A stretch of 61,864 bases of DNA, filler included, from Platydemus manokwari (taxonomy: Eukaryota): assembly GCA_037951405.1 (NCBI GenBank). It is 6 parts of 6 records of this genome, joined end to end, with 100 filler letters (N's around TTAATTAATTAA, not from the genome) between each part and the next. Parts side by side here need not be neighbours in the genome. Positions count along the whole stretch, not along the records: positions 29,379 to 41,466 come from JBBMOY010308891.1; positions 41,567 to 51,814 come from JBBMOY011154104.1; positions 51,915 to 61,864 come from JBBMOY011186100.1; 3 more parts are not named here. One strand, written 5' to 3'. Shown here in pieces: positions 37,741-51,989 of the stretch (position 1 is its first letter; every line of letters starts with the position of its first letter). The notes under the pieces are model-generated. The model was given only the letters and a program-made list of their open reading frames with translations. It did no database searches and had not been told where the DNA came from. The position numbers were made by a program, and so were the translations under genes.

Positions 37741-39617
37741 GCCGTCGGTATTTTATTGTTATTGTATTTTAAAGTTTCATTATTCTTTAAAAACATGGGA
37801 TTTTGAATCAATCGATTTTAGAAATTGTTCGACGTGGAAGTTATTACTATTGTCAAGGTTGAAATAAGTACTGTAGATAATTCGTAACGATAATCACTCT
37901 GAAAGAACTTTTTTTGATAATGTTTGGATTCTTTTAAACAATTGTAAGCCGGTTGTATTTTATAAACCACGTGTCGAAAACGAAATGAAAAGTCACGACA
38001 GCAAATTATGTATTTAAATACAACCATGTAAAGAAATTAATATAATTTAATTAAAAAAAAATGTTTAACTTTTAAAATAAAAATAAAATTTTTTTTAAAC
38101 TACGTACTCATTACATGACTTCATTTTGAATACATGGGTAATAAGGTAATTTTTCAATTTATGCAGAGAAATTTTTATTGAATTCCGAATTGAAATATTT
38201 GTAACACAAAATAAAAGGTATTCTTCAAAGTAATTTGGCTTAAAATAATTTTTAAAATTCAGTAATGGTTCCTATTTTTCTGCAACTAATATTTCATATT
38301 GTCAAAAAATAACCACAATATTCCAAAAATGATAAATTAATAAAATTTATTTCCGCACGGAACCAAATTAGAAGTATCATATGTAAAAAATCATCAAAAA
38401 AGTTTAGCCGGAGTTTGCTATACTACTATGTAATTCAACTAACGAATCATATTGTTTTGATGTATAAAACATCAAAAAAATCTCAGTGAATTAACAGGTA
38501 GTTAGATTAATAGAAGCAATTGAGTTTTTGTCCTAAGGAAAACCTTTTTGATCTTCTTTTATTTCAGAAATTATTTTAATAAAGTTATTTATGCCGGGTA
38601 TATATGGATATATTTATTAAACCCGCATCTATATTCACATTGTTATATGAGAAAAATGTATCATTGACAAAGATATCAATTATGTGAAATTGAAAACAAG
38701 TAGGCCTTGTCAATCAAAAGGTTCACTGGCTTCCAAGTAATTGATTATCGATATGTCATAATACCAACATTTAATTATGTGAATCTTTCTATACGATTGT
38801 CATGAAAAAATAATTCTAATAACAATGATAATTATAACAATGAAAGTGATAATAATAGTATTGACCCCGATGACAATTGTAATAATTTATATCTCCATAT
38901 CTAAGTAATAGTTAATAATAAAAGCATTAAAAACAATAATTAATAATAATAATAATATCATTAATATTAAATTTATAAATCAATAACAAAAATTTTAATC
39001 ATAGAAAAAATAAAATTAATTATAATAATTGATTTTGTTTTGTCGGTTTTGACGTGATAAGAATTTTCAATATTGATGTCATGATATAAAAGTGAAATAA
39101 TCAATTTTCATTTTAAAATCAACTGTTAGTAGTGTACGACTGAACATTTGTTTATTTACAAAACAATAGAAAATTTCGATGAAAAATTTTCTAATACTTT
39201 TAGTTGTTCAATAAAGCGTAACAGGTCAATTTGTTAATTAATATTTTAATCAACATGATGACCATTTTTTGTAGGACTGTATTTAATAAGTCAAACAAAA
39301 AAAACAATTGATGTATTAGATGAAACGATATGATATTGTACGATATTGTATGTTAATTGTATGTAAATTGTGTGTTTGAAAATTTTTTTGTCTCAAATAA
39401 GCTGTATGTATGTGCATTAACATTAAATAATATCTTACTTTTTCTCTCATATTTGGAAATTTAGTTGCATATATTTAATCTATGTTACCCTACTGTTCGA
39501 TATTCTGTGAACACAATTCTGTTGACTTTATTCATCTGCTTGTTACCAATTAGATTTTACAATCAGGTGAGTTATCATTTCGGGTTATTGAAACAGACAA
39601 AATCTGACAAATTACAA

Positions 39618-41033
39618 ATGAGTTCTCGAAGTCAAACGAAATCGTTAGATCGCGACATTCAACCGATTCGTAAACGGAGAAATGCCTATCCACGAAACAT
39701 TCAACAGGTAACGAATGCCGCCGAACATTTCGTGTGTAATTTGCACAATAAAATCGAAAATATTTTCGAACTTTATCCCATATCAAGATTCGAACAGGAA
39801 TTGTTAGGTGATAATATCACAAATTACATGTCAGAAATTGCAACAAGAGTCTCCATTGATTCGATGATATTGTTGAAATTAAATCAAACAATTAAAACAA
39901 AATTTTCTTATAAAAGTCTGACAGAACCCCACGAATTGATTGTGGTTTATTTGGATTTTGCTTTAAATTGTCAAAATTTATTTGATGGAATTTCTAATAG
40001 ATTGTACCATACTATTATCAATGGACTTTTACGATATTGTGTCAGTCTGGCTAAATACTGTAATTCTGATATTGATTTTGTGATCAATTATGAAAGATTA
40101 ATTCAAAAAAATGAAAACGATATCATTAGAGAGGTGAAAGACATTGAATATCAGTATAAAGAATTTAAACGATTCACGAATTCTGCCCGATTAGTGCTCA
40201 TTCATGCTGTCGATTTGATATTGTGCATCAGAAAAATCCGAGCGTCTATTAACAAGCTGTACTATCTTGTCACCGAATGGGTGGATGAAGAGAGAAATTA
40301 TCCATCAAATCTAAATGATGAAATAAAAATGATAAAGTCGGATATTTTCACATTGGAACAGAAAACCACGAAAAATGATCGTTCCATTAAGCAAAGACAG
40401 ATTAAAATTTCCAACCATGAAAAACAATTGAAAATATTAGAAAAAAACCACTTGATATTAAAACGTAAATTGAATCGTGTTCAACAAAGTCAGGATCAAA
40501 TATCAAACAGATTAGATGAACTCGAAACCCAGACAACATCTCGAGCTGACGAATTGGAATATCTAACAAATAAAATTAAAACTCTAGAGTATGTCCGACA
40601 TAAACCAGATAGAAGAAGATTAGTACCTCGTTACAAGATTTCCATGGAGATTCGAGCTACAAAAACGGAAAAGAGTGATTTTGAAGCGAGGAACTTTCGT
40701 TTCGAAGACAATAAATTAGCTCTAAATAGACACAAAGATCGATTGATCAAATTGGCAGAACAATTAAGAGAAAAAACCCAAGAAATCAAAAATCAAATTT
40801 CCGACAATCAAGCTACTATTATGAAATTGAAAGAAAATCTCCAAGATGATATCAATTTTCAACAAGATGATTTAGAGAATTTAAATAAATTACAATTAAA
40901 ATTAAAGGATGTCAATTTCATTTCTTCTAAAAAGAACTCACTAGACACTATCAGACAGCTTCATAATCATGGAAGGCTGGAGAAAAGTTCTGGAGGTAAA
41001 TTGATATCATTATATGAGAAACCAAATAAATAA
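39618..41033 (+). CDS. Uncharacterised coiled-coil protein (~471 aa from the first ATG), encoded mainly by one large exon
   Basis: A 1.5-kb uninterrupted ORF in very AT-rich DNA; the C-terminal half is heptad-rich (E/K/Q/L). ATG at 39618; possible splice donor near 40996. Confidence 0.75.
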   Translation: MSSRSQTKSLDRDIQPIRKRRNAYPRNIQQVTNAAEHFVCNLHNKIENIFELYPISRFEQELLGDNITNYMSEIATRVSIDSMILLKLNQTIKTKFSYKSLTEPHELIVVYLDFALNCQNLFDGISNRLYHTIINGLLRYCVSLAKYCNSDIDFVINYERLIQKNENDIIREVKDIEYQYKEFKRFTNSARLVLIHAVDLILCIRKIRASINKLYYLVTEWVDEERNYPSNLNDEIKMIKSDIFTLEQKTTKNDRSIKQRQIKISNHEKQLKILEKNHLILKRKLNRVQQSQDQISNRLDELETQTTSRADELEYLTNKIKTLEYVRHKPDRRRLVPRYKISMEIRATKTEKSDFEARNFRFEDNKLALNRHKDRLIKLAEQLREKTQEIKNQISDNQATIMKLKENLQDDINFQQDDLENLNKLQLKLKDVNFISSKKNSLDTIRQLHNHGRLEKSSGGKLISLYEKPNK

Positions 41034-41566
41034 TATTTTTTTAAATTATAATTAATATTTTAAAAATATAAATTACATTTATTTCATTAATCTTATATAA
41101 CTAAATCATTATTTTTGTGAAATTATTTTGATTTCATTCATTACATAAGAAACTATTAGCTATTTTAGAAGTAGAAGTTATTTACTATTCTCACACATTA
41201 GTTGTTTTTTTAACAATTGTTTTGACTTTTTAATTGCAGAATGACTTTGAAAATATTGATACTGATATTTAAATACCACTTCATAATGAAAATTCAATAT
41301 TTTGAAATCTATTAATGGTTTCAATATAAAGAAAACATCATGATCAAGCTATAAAACATAAAAAATTGCAAAACAAGTTATTGAATTGATATGAATATCA
41401 ATAATGAGATGATAATAGTATTATTTTTGCTATTAATAATAATAATGATAGTAATAATAACAATAANNNNNNNNNNNNNNNNNNNNNNNNNNNNNNNNNN
41501 NNNNNNNNNNTTAATTAATTAANNNNNNNNNNNNNNNNNNNNNNNNNNNNNNNNNNNNNNNNNNNN

Positions 41567-41639
41567 TGTTTAAATGATTTGGTAAAACAAAAACTTTAAA
41601 CAACTAAAAAACATGAATAACTTTTGACTCAGCCTAATA
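41567..41639 (-). mobile_element. Tc1/mariner terminus at contig edge
   Basis: Reverse complement TATTAGGCTGAGTCAAAAGTTATTCATG. Confidence 0.5.
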
Positions 41640-43729
41640 TAAGCGGTTTCATGTTTATTATTTCTTAAAATGATTTATAATTTATTGAATTTTTGTAAAT
41701 TTAATTGAATATTTCTCATAATAATTTTTCCTATCAAGGATTAAGATTGGAAAATATCAAGTCGAATTGATGATTATCAAATTATAAATCATACCCACTA
41801 ACAGGTTGTAGTTTTAAGCTGTTAATCCGATAACATAATTGGAAGATCAAATTCATAAAAGCAAAAATACTTAACTGGTTATGTAAAATTAATGCTAATA
41901 GGATTAATGTGGTTGGGAGTTGATAGTAGCAGTATAATATTATTAATGGATTATATTTATGTAAGTCGCTATCAGAAAATCAACACTGCTTGTAATGATA
42001 CGGTGACGGAAATGACAATTACCAAATACATTTTGGTAAATGGGAGTATTGGTATTTAAAATGATCTGTCGATACATTTATTTCTTCTAAAATTATCACT
42101 CTAAAATCATATTTTTTACAACATGATTCACTTTATGATGCACTGCAAAATTTGCCGTTGATGAGATGAATAAATTAATAAATTTTGCAACTGAAGTATG
42201 ATTTTTCTTTATTAATCTAATCGATTACATTGAGAGATTTGTGATATTTTTTGCATGCCAATGAATTAATGAAATTTAATGTTAAAAATGCAGATATTTG
42301 GGAGATGAGAAAATTAGACAAAATTGTCAAAAACGCAAGAATCACAATGGAAATTAATAAATATTATTAGCTTGAAAAATTAATTTTATCTTAAAGACTT
42401 TGATTGCTAAATGGCTTTTAGCATTAGCCAATTGTACTTCAATATTATAAACGATAATTCATACATTTTCGAGATAATAAGTTTTTAAAACCAGATTGTG
42501 ATTCTTCCAACCAATCCAATTTTTTATGAAGTTGTTTAAATTAAAGAAAACAAACAAACGATTATTTAGATTGAGATTGCCAAACCGATAGGACAAATTT
42601 TATTTTTAAACTATTTCATGGATAATGAATCGAATATAAAGGAATATTATTTCATAAAATAGCTTCATATTTATAAAATCTTAAATCAAAGTACGAAAGG
42701 AAAATTGGTCAAAAATCTGTTTGTTGAAAGAAAATATAGACTGAATTGGACGAAAGGAATTCATGTATTTAATGGATTGATTTCAGAAATTAAATATTTG
42801 TTGGATAGCATTTGTGAACATTGAGTAAGAAAGCTGTTGCTTAAATATTTGAAAACTCTCTCAGTAACAAAGACTCGATGATGAATCATTAGTTGTTGCT
42901 AATTATTTTGAAAACCAGTGATTCACAGGCAGAAATCTCACTATTTTCCAATTCTAAATTTAAAGCATTGAAACATAATTGAAACAAGCCAGATAATATT
43001 AGTCATTATTAATGATGGTTTTAAGTAATTTAACTAATNNNNNNNNNNNNNNNNNNNNNNNNNNNNNNNNNNNNNNNNNNNNNNNNNNNNNNNNNNNNNN
43101 NNNNNNNNNNNNNNNNNNNNNNNNNNNNNNNNNNNNNNNNNNNNNNNNNNNNNNNNNNNNNNNNNNNNNNNNNNNNNNNNNNNNGATCTTATTCTTTTTG
43201 ATATAATTGAAATTGTAGCATTTTATTAAAGGTTTTGTCTATCTTTCGCCAATAACTTACAGCAGATAATTTCATTCTCCTACCAGATGACATGCTATGC
43301 TTAGGACTTTAATAGTCCCAAAATTTCCCAACTAATGCGTTATAAGAAACAATTTGAGAACCTACGCCCATTTTTTCTAATGGTATTAACCATGTCCGAT
43401 CCATAAAATATGTTTAATCACAAACTAATATTGCATTGCAATAGACAATTATTTTATAACATTTTTCTATTTTACTCAATTTGCTCTCCTTCCAATTTTA
43501 TTTCTGATTTCGAAATAACTACTCTGGATCAATCAGATGAGAATTTTAGAAATGGTTTTCTTTATTTCATGAATCATTTAAATTTTTTATTATATCAATG
43601 AATAAGAGTTTCTTGTTAAGATTTAATTTTAATATCGTTGATAAATTTCATATTTATTGTTTGCTACTGCCACATTAACCTTTTAAATTACCATAGTAAT
43701 CCGTTAATTAACATCAAATATTGTTAGAT

Positions 43730-44130
43730 TATTTACTGGCACAAATTCAACAAGTCACCAAATACAAAATGGTACCAGCATCCGATAGTTAAAAACCAAA
43801 CAAAAGACAGCCACAAAACTGGTTGTCAGGAAAATCACGTGAAAGTCACACATAATGAGAGTTAGTGACAATTGCTCGTGAAATCCAATTCCTTTTATAG
43901 GCTTATTGCGTGTGTTCTTTTGATGTCTCATCGCTTCACTTTTCATTCGTTCACTTGTCGGTTGCTAACAAGTTTTTCTTACATCTCTCGTGCTATTAAC
44001 AAATTTGTATACTTGTTGTCATTTGTTGGTATGTGCCAGTTGATTGTTGAACTCTAAATATGAATTGATATATAGAGAGAATCTGATTAGGCTATTGGTC
44101 GGGGCGATAACTGAATCTGCGTTTATCAAC
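43730..44130. repeat. Dispersed repeat family, copy 3 (inverted relative to copies 1 and 2)
   Basis: Matches the 4430-4900 and 33450-33840 copies. Confidence 0.6.
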
Positions 44131-47100
44131 TCTTTGGGCTTTATTTCCAATGTTTTTATTACCTATTCACCAATATAATGCGTTTTGGTATACAGATTTG
44201 CATTAAAAACCAAGTTATTGCTATAATTTCAAAATCAAATAAATTTAAGACCCCACTGATATATTCATGTATGAAGGTCAAGAATTGAGTTTTGATTGAC
44301 TTGATTGTCGAATTGATTGACTGAAATTGTTATGTAAGTTATGAATTAAGTAGATTTCATGAATGTTATAAGTCATTTAAAGGCAATGAGTTTGTAGGGT
44401 ATCGTTAGAAGTAAAGAAAATCAAACATTGTTATTTGCTGACATCAGTTTTCTTTGTCAAGTACTTTTATAAATGTTTCCAGAATTTCTATAACCCCTAA
44501 TATTCATAATACGAAACAAATAACGTTGCACATTAATTTTGTTATTATTAATAATGCGACTTTAAATAATAAATCCTTTTGGAACTCTTATTAGTGAAAA
44601 AACAAAGTGATTAAACTGTCTGGGTATTTAGATAAATCTTCTTTAAAATTTTTCAGCTCTGAAAAATTAAATAAGCAACATTTTTCTGCAAAAGAGAAAA
44701 AACATTGCCTGAGACTGGAATTTTCAAATTAATGAATTCTTAATGATTATTAATGGCTATTCGGCCATGAAAAATGGAATTATAGGAGACAGATTTATCA
44801 ATTGAAACTCATTTTTGGAGTCTCTTCTTCCAGAGACTTTTGTTTATTCTCTGTGAAATAATGATAATTTTTTTAAGTATAAAAAATTTTTCTTCTGCAA
44901 TTTTATAACAATGAAAATATTAAAATTTAATAGAATAAATACATTTTTTAAAATCTATACGTGAAAAATAAACCTATGATATATTTCAAAAAATTGGATG
45001 TTGAGTTAATAGATCTTTCGAATAAATGGAATGCACTGTGCAAGAAACTTAGAAAGAAAAAGGTAAAACTTCATGAACATTTTGTAAACACCCAATATAC
45101 TCAATATGAGGATTATTAACTTTAAAAATGATAGACTTAAAATTATTTAAAGTATGTATATATGTATACTTTTAAAAGGGAGATTGTTTAGACTTTTATG
45201 AGAATATTATTTTTAATGAGTATAAAATTTGTTTTAAGATCTGTTTATTAGAAATTGATTCCTATTAGATTTATTTATGAATAACTTTATGGGTATTTAA
45301 GGCTTCAACTATTTTATAAAACATGAACATTTAAAATTCTAGGATATCAGTAAGATCATAATAACTTGAAACACAAATTTTCAAGCATAATAGATATATA
45401 AATATTGGCAAAAGTTAAGAAAAGGGATCTTTAAATAAAATTTTTAATTTGTTGAGTGTTTTGCAAAAATCATTATATTTTAATTTAATTATATTCTTTA
45501 AAAAAACATTTTGAATTTTTTAAGTACTTAAAGATAATTTTAGTTGTTTGAAATCAAATATTAAATACACCGGAGCTTAAAAATCTCCTAAAATTTGATT
45601 ATTTGAAAAAGGGATTAGAGTAGGTCGAATTACAATTTATTGAAAATTAATGAAGACCTCCTTTTTAACATTAGAAGAAATGATATTATTAAATATGTCT
45701 GTAGTTAACTAACTCGATTTATAATCAAAAATTTAAACCAAATAAACATATAAATCTGTTTTGTATAGAATAGGAACTTGGTTTTAAAACCATATTTTGT
45801 CCCTATTAGATATCCGAAAAACTGAGATACTGAGTTATAAAATTATCTCATGTGCGAAAACTCATTATTACGAAAGTAGGTCAAAGGACCACTTTTCATA
45901 TCTTAAGCCAATATTTGTTCTTCAAGCTTTTAAAAGAATAATTCGTCAAGAATGCGATTTTAAGATTAATTAACCTTTTCGGAATATATTTTCTTAAAAT
46001 TTTTGCCAATTTTTCCTGGGCACTTTTTAAAAATAGGAAAATAAGAACCTCAAACTTTAAGTGAGGCGCACAATTGCAAAATTTTATAAAAAATATACTC
46101 TTAGAATATACAATTCTTACAAAAGCCCAACTCTGATAATTAACGGCATATTTGAGATTGATGGTTACAGTTTTATAAACCACCCATTACAACGAATTGA
46201 AAATTCACAACATCAAATTATATTTTAATAACAATTATTAAAACAAATCAATAATTTTTAAAAATTCGATTTACATTTTTTCAAATTTCAATTCATTATA
46301 AATCTTCACAATCATAACATACAACTCAATGAATATTTTTTAAATAAAATAACGAAAATAAAAGTTTTAATCAATGTTTTCACTGATGCAGACATTTGTG
46401 AAATACCAGTACTAGAAATACCGTTTTCTTTTAACTTTAAAATCAATTCAGTGATTATCTTCAGAATAAAATATTTTTTACAAACCTGCCTTAGCTGAAT
46501 TGATTTTATGATGAAATCCTCAAATATATTTCTGTTTTACCACAACATATTGTACATAAAATATTATTCTCGTAAAAATGTGGACGTTGAAATCAAACGG
46601 AACCAATCTTCAGTAGGATTATAAGTTGAAGGAATTTTCATTTAATTTACTATTAAAGTTTTATCTGTAAATGTGAATTTATTTATAAGAGAAGTTGGTA
46701 CGACATGTAATTAAATGAATCTGAACATTCAAATTGATTATCTTATGGAATTTTATCATGTATACTGATATATGCATACGGCATGTTCCTCAGTATGTAC
46801 CGTCCCAAGCAAAATCTGAAGAAAATCATTCCATGTTTAATAACGATGTTTTTTGTACAGCAAAAAATTCTACTAAATTTCTAAATTCAAATTGATTGGA
46901 TTATGAATCATTTGGTGTGTGTGAAATATTCATTTTCGACAATTTCACGGACGAAATTACTAAATAACCCATTGTATTGCAAAGAATTTTTATAAAACTG
47001 GAAATCGTCTTGAAGTGACTCGATATTTTCAAAAATACTAATACTAATTTTTTAGTTGATTGGGGCAACTCATGCGATGATAACTACGACAATAATGGCC

Positions 47101-47149
47101 GTACAAATGCTAATATTATGAATAAAATGCCTAATGTTTAAATAAATGA

Positions 47150-47560
47150 GCTTGGACCACAAAAACTATCACTTTTCTTTCATTCAAGATCTTATTGAAG
47201 ACGACTGTGATCACAGACTGAGTTTCTGTGACAAACTTACTACAACAATATCACCAACTTACCTTGAAAATAATTTTGACAGATGAAACCAAGTTCTGCC
47301 TTAATGGGTCTCAACTGTGTTTATTGGCCTGATAAAAACCTAAATCGTCTTCATACAAAACCAATAGATCAACGCGGTGTCATTGTTTTGGCAGGCATTT
47401 CAGTACAAGGGGTATTCAGTTTATTCAAAACAATTGTCAATGGTGAAAATTATTTCCTCATATTTTAAAATGTGTTCCAAACATCACAAAGATGGGACAG
47501 CATTTCTTTCGACCTGCCATCAGCCTTAAATAATAAGTTACCAAATCATTCTAAATGGTC
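47150..47560 (+). mobile_element. Tc1/mariner-superfamily transposase catalytic remnant
   Basis: IQDLIEDDCDHRLSFC..IILTDETKFCLNG..NCVYWPDKN..LHTKP..VIVLAGIS..VNGENY, with frameshifts. Confidence 0.8.
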
Positions 47561-49299
47561 ACCGAATATATGCATATATAGAGAGAGAGATGAATTAAAA
47601 GTTCTGACAAGTTGCACCAAACCCTCGTGTTGGATATTTTAACATTCTAAGCAAATTCAAAAACATCTGTTATATAAATATTTAGTTTAAATACTTGTTT
47701 TGTTTTAATTTTTGGATTATAAAGAATTTGAAGAAAAAATGGTCATTTCATTAAAACCAATCCAATCTAATTTGAAAAATTTGCAGTTAATAAAATTGAG
47801 TTTGAAAAATCAGTTATGGAAGACAAGAATTTGTAATTGCGTTATTTTCTAAATTTTATGTTATAAAAGAAACTAGAATTCTTTTCTTGTTTATTTATTG
47901 GAATAATAAATTTATTTATCATGGAATGTTAGATCGATATGTGAATAAATTGTATTTTATGGGGATATAATAACTGATTCTACAATTCATTTGTCTGATT
48001 TCACAAGAATTGGCATTGTTAAGGCTTGTTTACAATAATAATCCTCGGGACTTTAGGATAAGAGAGTTCATCGTTTCGTAACTTGAACTCAACAAATGAG
48101 TTCGAGAAGTGTAATGCCTTTTGAATAAGTCTCGTCTGAAAAACACTTCAATCATTATAGTAACTCTTTTTGATAAATAAAACCGAGATTGTGTCTCAGA
48201 CATTTATTGACTTAGATAACGCTAATCAATGCTAACAAAAATGTGTTTCACTCTCTTAACTTGATTTCATCTGGCATTAGACCATGTTTGCAATGAAATG
48301 GATAGCCAAAAGTTAGTTTAAGGTGTTTGTTTTTACTCGAATTTCTAATTTTTGTAACTGAAATTAGATTTGTTAATTTCTGACGACTAGGATTTGTCAA
48401 TCCTCATGTTTTTGTCGTTATGTATACATATGTTTTACCAAATTGAAATTTTCATTCTATGTTGCTATATTGAGATAGAAGATGTAAGATATTAAGGGAC
48501 GTTATTTGCAAGAAAATATCCCCAGCTATTTAAGACCAAACTCAGGATATAAATATAAAGCTAATTCAGTTGGTTGACATTCAAAAACCTAGATGAAGCA
48601 CTGACGAGCTATATATTGAATTAAATTGTTAATGGGAACAATTGAGAGGGAGTAAAAAATATGGGTGAACAGGTGTGCCAAAGGTTGATATCAGCGGTTA
48701 ATATTAGTAGCCGTATCTTGAAATCGATATTAATTAAAAGAAAGTCTTGAAGAGTTTGTGGTTCTCGATCATTATCATTTCATATTTTATGCAGGGAAAT
48801 TCAAATTAACTAATAATAATTTTAAATAAATATTAAGAAAATCGTAATAATTACTTCTTTTGTTGAAACATCAAACTCAAGAGCAGTAACCACTACTAAC
48901 ATATTATATTGAGTAGAATTTGTACTGATAATGTCTAATTTAGGCGAATTTTATTATTGTGATAAAAATGGAATAAATAAATGTCAATGTATAGTTAAGA
49001 GCATCAATTTACACGTTTGGTGCTAGAACTTCACAAATACTTTATAAAGTTTCGTTTCAGTTTTTTTTGAAATTCGTCTAAATAGCTTTGAAATATCTTA
49101 AGAATACTTAAACCATGTTCATTGTTCTAAATACAGACTTTTATCTTACATTTTATTTAAAATCATTCTTTATTTTTTTATCGGCTGTATTATTTTTCTA
49201 TTATTTATAATTTTAAATAAAATAGCTTTTTATATCATTTTAGTTTGATTAGTTAGAATTAGTGAAGATTATTAAAACCTTTTGACAATAGTGTCTCTG

Positions 49300-51325
49300 C
49301 CAAACCTTTAAAGTCTTGCGTTTGATAATATATTTTCAGTGTGTATCAAGAAATTTCTGCAGTTATTGCTATTAATGGCTAAATAGCGCCCGAATCGGAC
49401 AGTGGAAATTGCCCATTTCTACTTTTCTTTGAAGATCAGAAAAATTAAGAAATCTAAAAAACTCAAATGATTATTTGGAAATATAAAGATTCCGATGGCA
49501 TTGTAGTATAAAGTGCGAGAAAATGGAAACCATTGTGGTAAAAGAAATTTTACCGGTATTTCTTGATGAAGTCGACACGATGTAAATATTCTGAAAAAGA
49601 ATAAAATCAATTTATTCCACTGATGTGGGTTAGAAGCACAAAGATAATAAAATTTCATTAAAAAGTGTATGAAAAAAAGAGTTCTCGTTTTTGCTTAGGA
49701 CTAACAACTCTGTCAATCATAAAATCCGAACTAAAGAATTACCAATTTTTCAAAATCCCATTTGTTAGACAATAAATTTAGAGAACAAAATTCAAGATTT
49801 GGAAAAGAATATTTTAGAAACCAAACTTTTTGGGACTTCTAAAAACCTTGGAACTCTTTTTCTATAGTGATTCCTAAAAAGACGAACAGATATCAGTGTG
49901 CTTAAACTTCAGAAATTAAACAGAAAACCGAAAAATTCATTTTTCCTGATACTCAATCGCAATTTGGCTTGGTGGGTGGAGAGAAATTACTTTCAATTTT
50001 CTTATTTAATAATTGACGGATGAAATAAATTTTTAGAAGAACATAATTAAAGAATTGGCACTATATTTTTGAATAAAACAATAATTTACCTTTCCATGTT
50101 ATCATCAGAAAAATAAACTAAAGAGAAGGATTATCAGAACAGCTTGAGATATGCTGGTTATAGCACTGTCAATATAAAAAGTGTTATTCGATAAAATTCT
50201 ACCTGTTATAGAATTTATAAATAATTCAAAGTTCCAGTGCTCGATTTAACATTTCGTGTTCTAGAGTTTGTTTGTAAAACGATGTTTTATGCATGGGATT
50301 AAACGAACGAATTCATCATGATCAGATTATCAAGGAAAAAGAAACCCATCTCAAATCACTGAATATAGATTTTAGAATTTTTAAGACAGAAAGAAATAGA
50401 ATTTTAGTGAACAAAGATCCTCACTAGGTAGCTAAAAATTAAAATTTCTAAAATTTTGAAGTTCCAACTAGGTACTTAAAAAGACTTCCAAGGTCAATCC
50501 AAAATTTGAGAAAAACCTTAAAATCATTGAGAGACCGAAGTAAGCGATATAAATTGTTAATAATTACCGTTGTTTAATTTGAAATAGGTAAATAAATTTC
50601 AAAATGACTTCGCATTGGAGGAGACTTTGTCCTAAAAATATAAAAAGTAGAATTGTTCTGTAAAATACATCGATTACAATAAAGATAATTTATTTTTCAA
50701 TACAGCCAACAACATTCGTTTTGAGACATTTTAAATGAAAATTTGATTATATCAGAGAAATGCCAAAATTAATGTCCATCATAATTATTCATGACATCAA
50801 CAGAAGATATTTATAAATAATTATTCAGTTTATTTGGTATAAATATTAAGCGATTTCTCACGATTTAATTAACATTTACACAAGTACGGTGTTCATTTCG
50901 AAATGGGTTTCTCGAGATTTATAATCCTTCTCCGTCTAAACTCGTATTTAGGAAGCTTATTCCTTTGTGAACTAATCGATTTTTGTAATTAGAAATTTAC
51001 CGATTTTTTAAGTACATAGTATAAAGCATTTAAATCAAAACTATCATTAATTATCACGTGTTTAATGATTCTTCTAAAATAGCTACTATTTCAGATAAAA
51101 TTCTTAATCACAATCAACAACTATACGCAGATCAAAGTAGCGAATTCCAGCATATAATTGATTTGTAAAGTTTAATTTCTGGCATGGTGCCCATTTTTTA
51201 ATAATCTGTTTAACAACGTGGCCTATAACAGGAATTTTGGCCAGGCACACCAAGCGTTCATCAGCATCAGGTGATAGAGCTGAGTTAAACGAGAATGCAC
51301 CTGAATTATGAGAAAAACTCAGACT
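49300..51325 (-). pseudogene. PLCXD: PI-PLC X domain-containing protein (PLCXD family); N-terminal exon clear, downstream exons look degraded
   Basis: SHNSGAFSF..VVKQIIKKWAPCQKLNFTNQLYAGIRYFDLRI at 51104-51325 is the PLCXD signature. Weak downstream matches (IIMMDIN, IN.ITA) carry stops and frameshifts. The symbol is family-level only. Confidence 0.65.
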
Positions 51326-51339
51326 TGATGAACACAAAA

Positions 51340-51814
51340 ATTTTTTTACAAATCCCAGACGAGAGTCCATTCAGTGTGCCAAAATCTTAAGATTGTCATG
51401 TCCTGCCAGAACTGTTAAATGTGCCTGCTGGCCAGCAATAACTCTAATGTCTTCTTCTTCTTCTAGCATTTGAGATTGATGGTCATAACCATTTTTCTAT
51501 ATACGTGTGTTTCCTGTTTGATTCCAATGTTGAACTCGTTAGGGTCAAAACACTCCGATTTTCGTAAACTTAGAGTCCTCCAGGATTCAAGATTCAAATG
51601 ATGTACTATCGGTAATTGGTGGCGTAATGGCGCCGAGCTGACTCCTGCTTGTAAATTTGACTAAACTACTAAATAACGTCGCCAATAACATATCACACTA
51701 AACTAATTACTAGAGCTGAAGTTGAAAAACACAAATATGTAATCCAAAAAGAAGAATAAACAAGTGATTATTTAGAATAAAGCTAAAGATTTAGAGCCCA
51801 GTGACCCTTTGACA
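51340..51814 (-). mobile_element. Probable Gypsy LTR end, PBS and gag start
   Basis: TGGCGACG at 51684-51677 (PBS-like), followed by gag-like ECFDPNE..YIEK fragments. Confidence 0.4.
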
Positions 51815-51914
51815 NNNNNNNNNNNNNNNNNNNNNNNNNNNNNNNNNNNNNNNNNNNNTTAATTAATTAANNNNNNNNNNNNNNNNNNNNNNNNNNNNNN
51901 NNNNNNNNNNNNNN

Positions 51915-51989
51915 AAATATTTTCTTATGAGTTATGCTTCTTCAAATATGTGCATGAAAATCGGACATTTCATATGGGACAACCTAATA
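51915..51989 (-). mobile_element. mariner-type terminus at contig edge
   Basis: Reverse complement TATTAGGTTGTCCCATATGAAATGTCCGATTTT. Confidence 0.55.
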
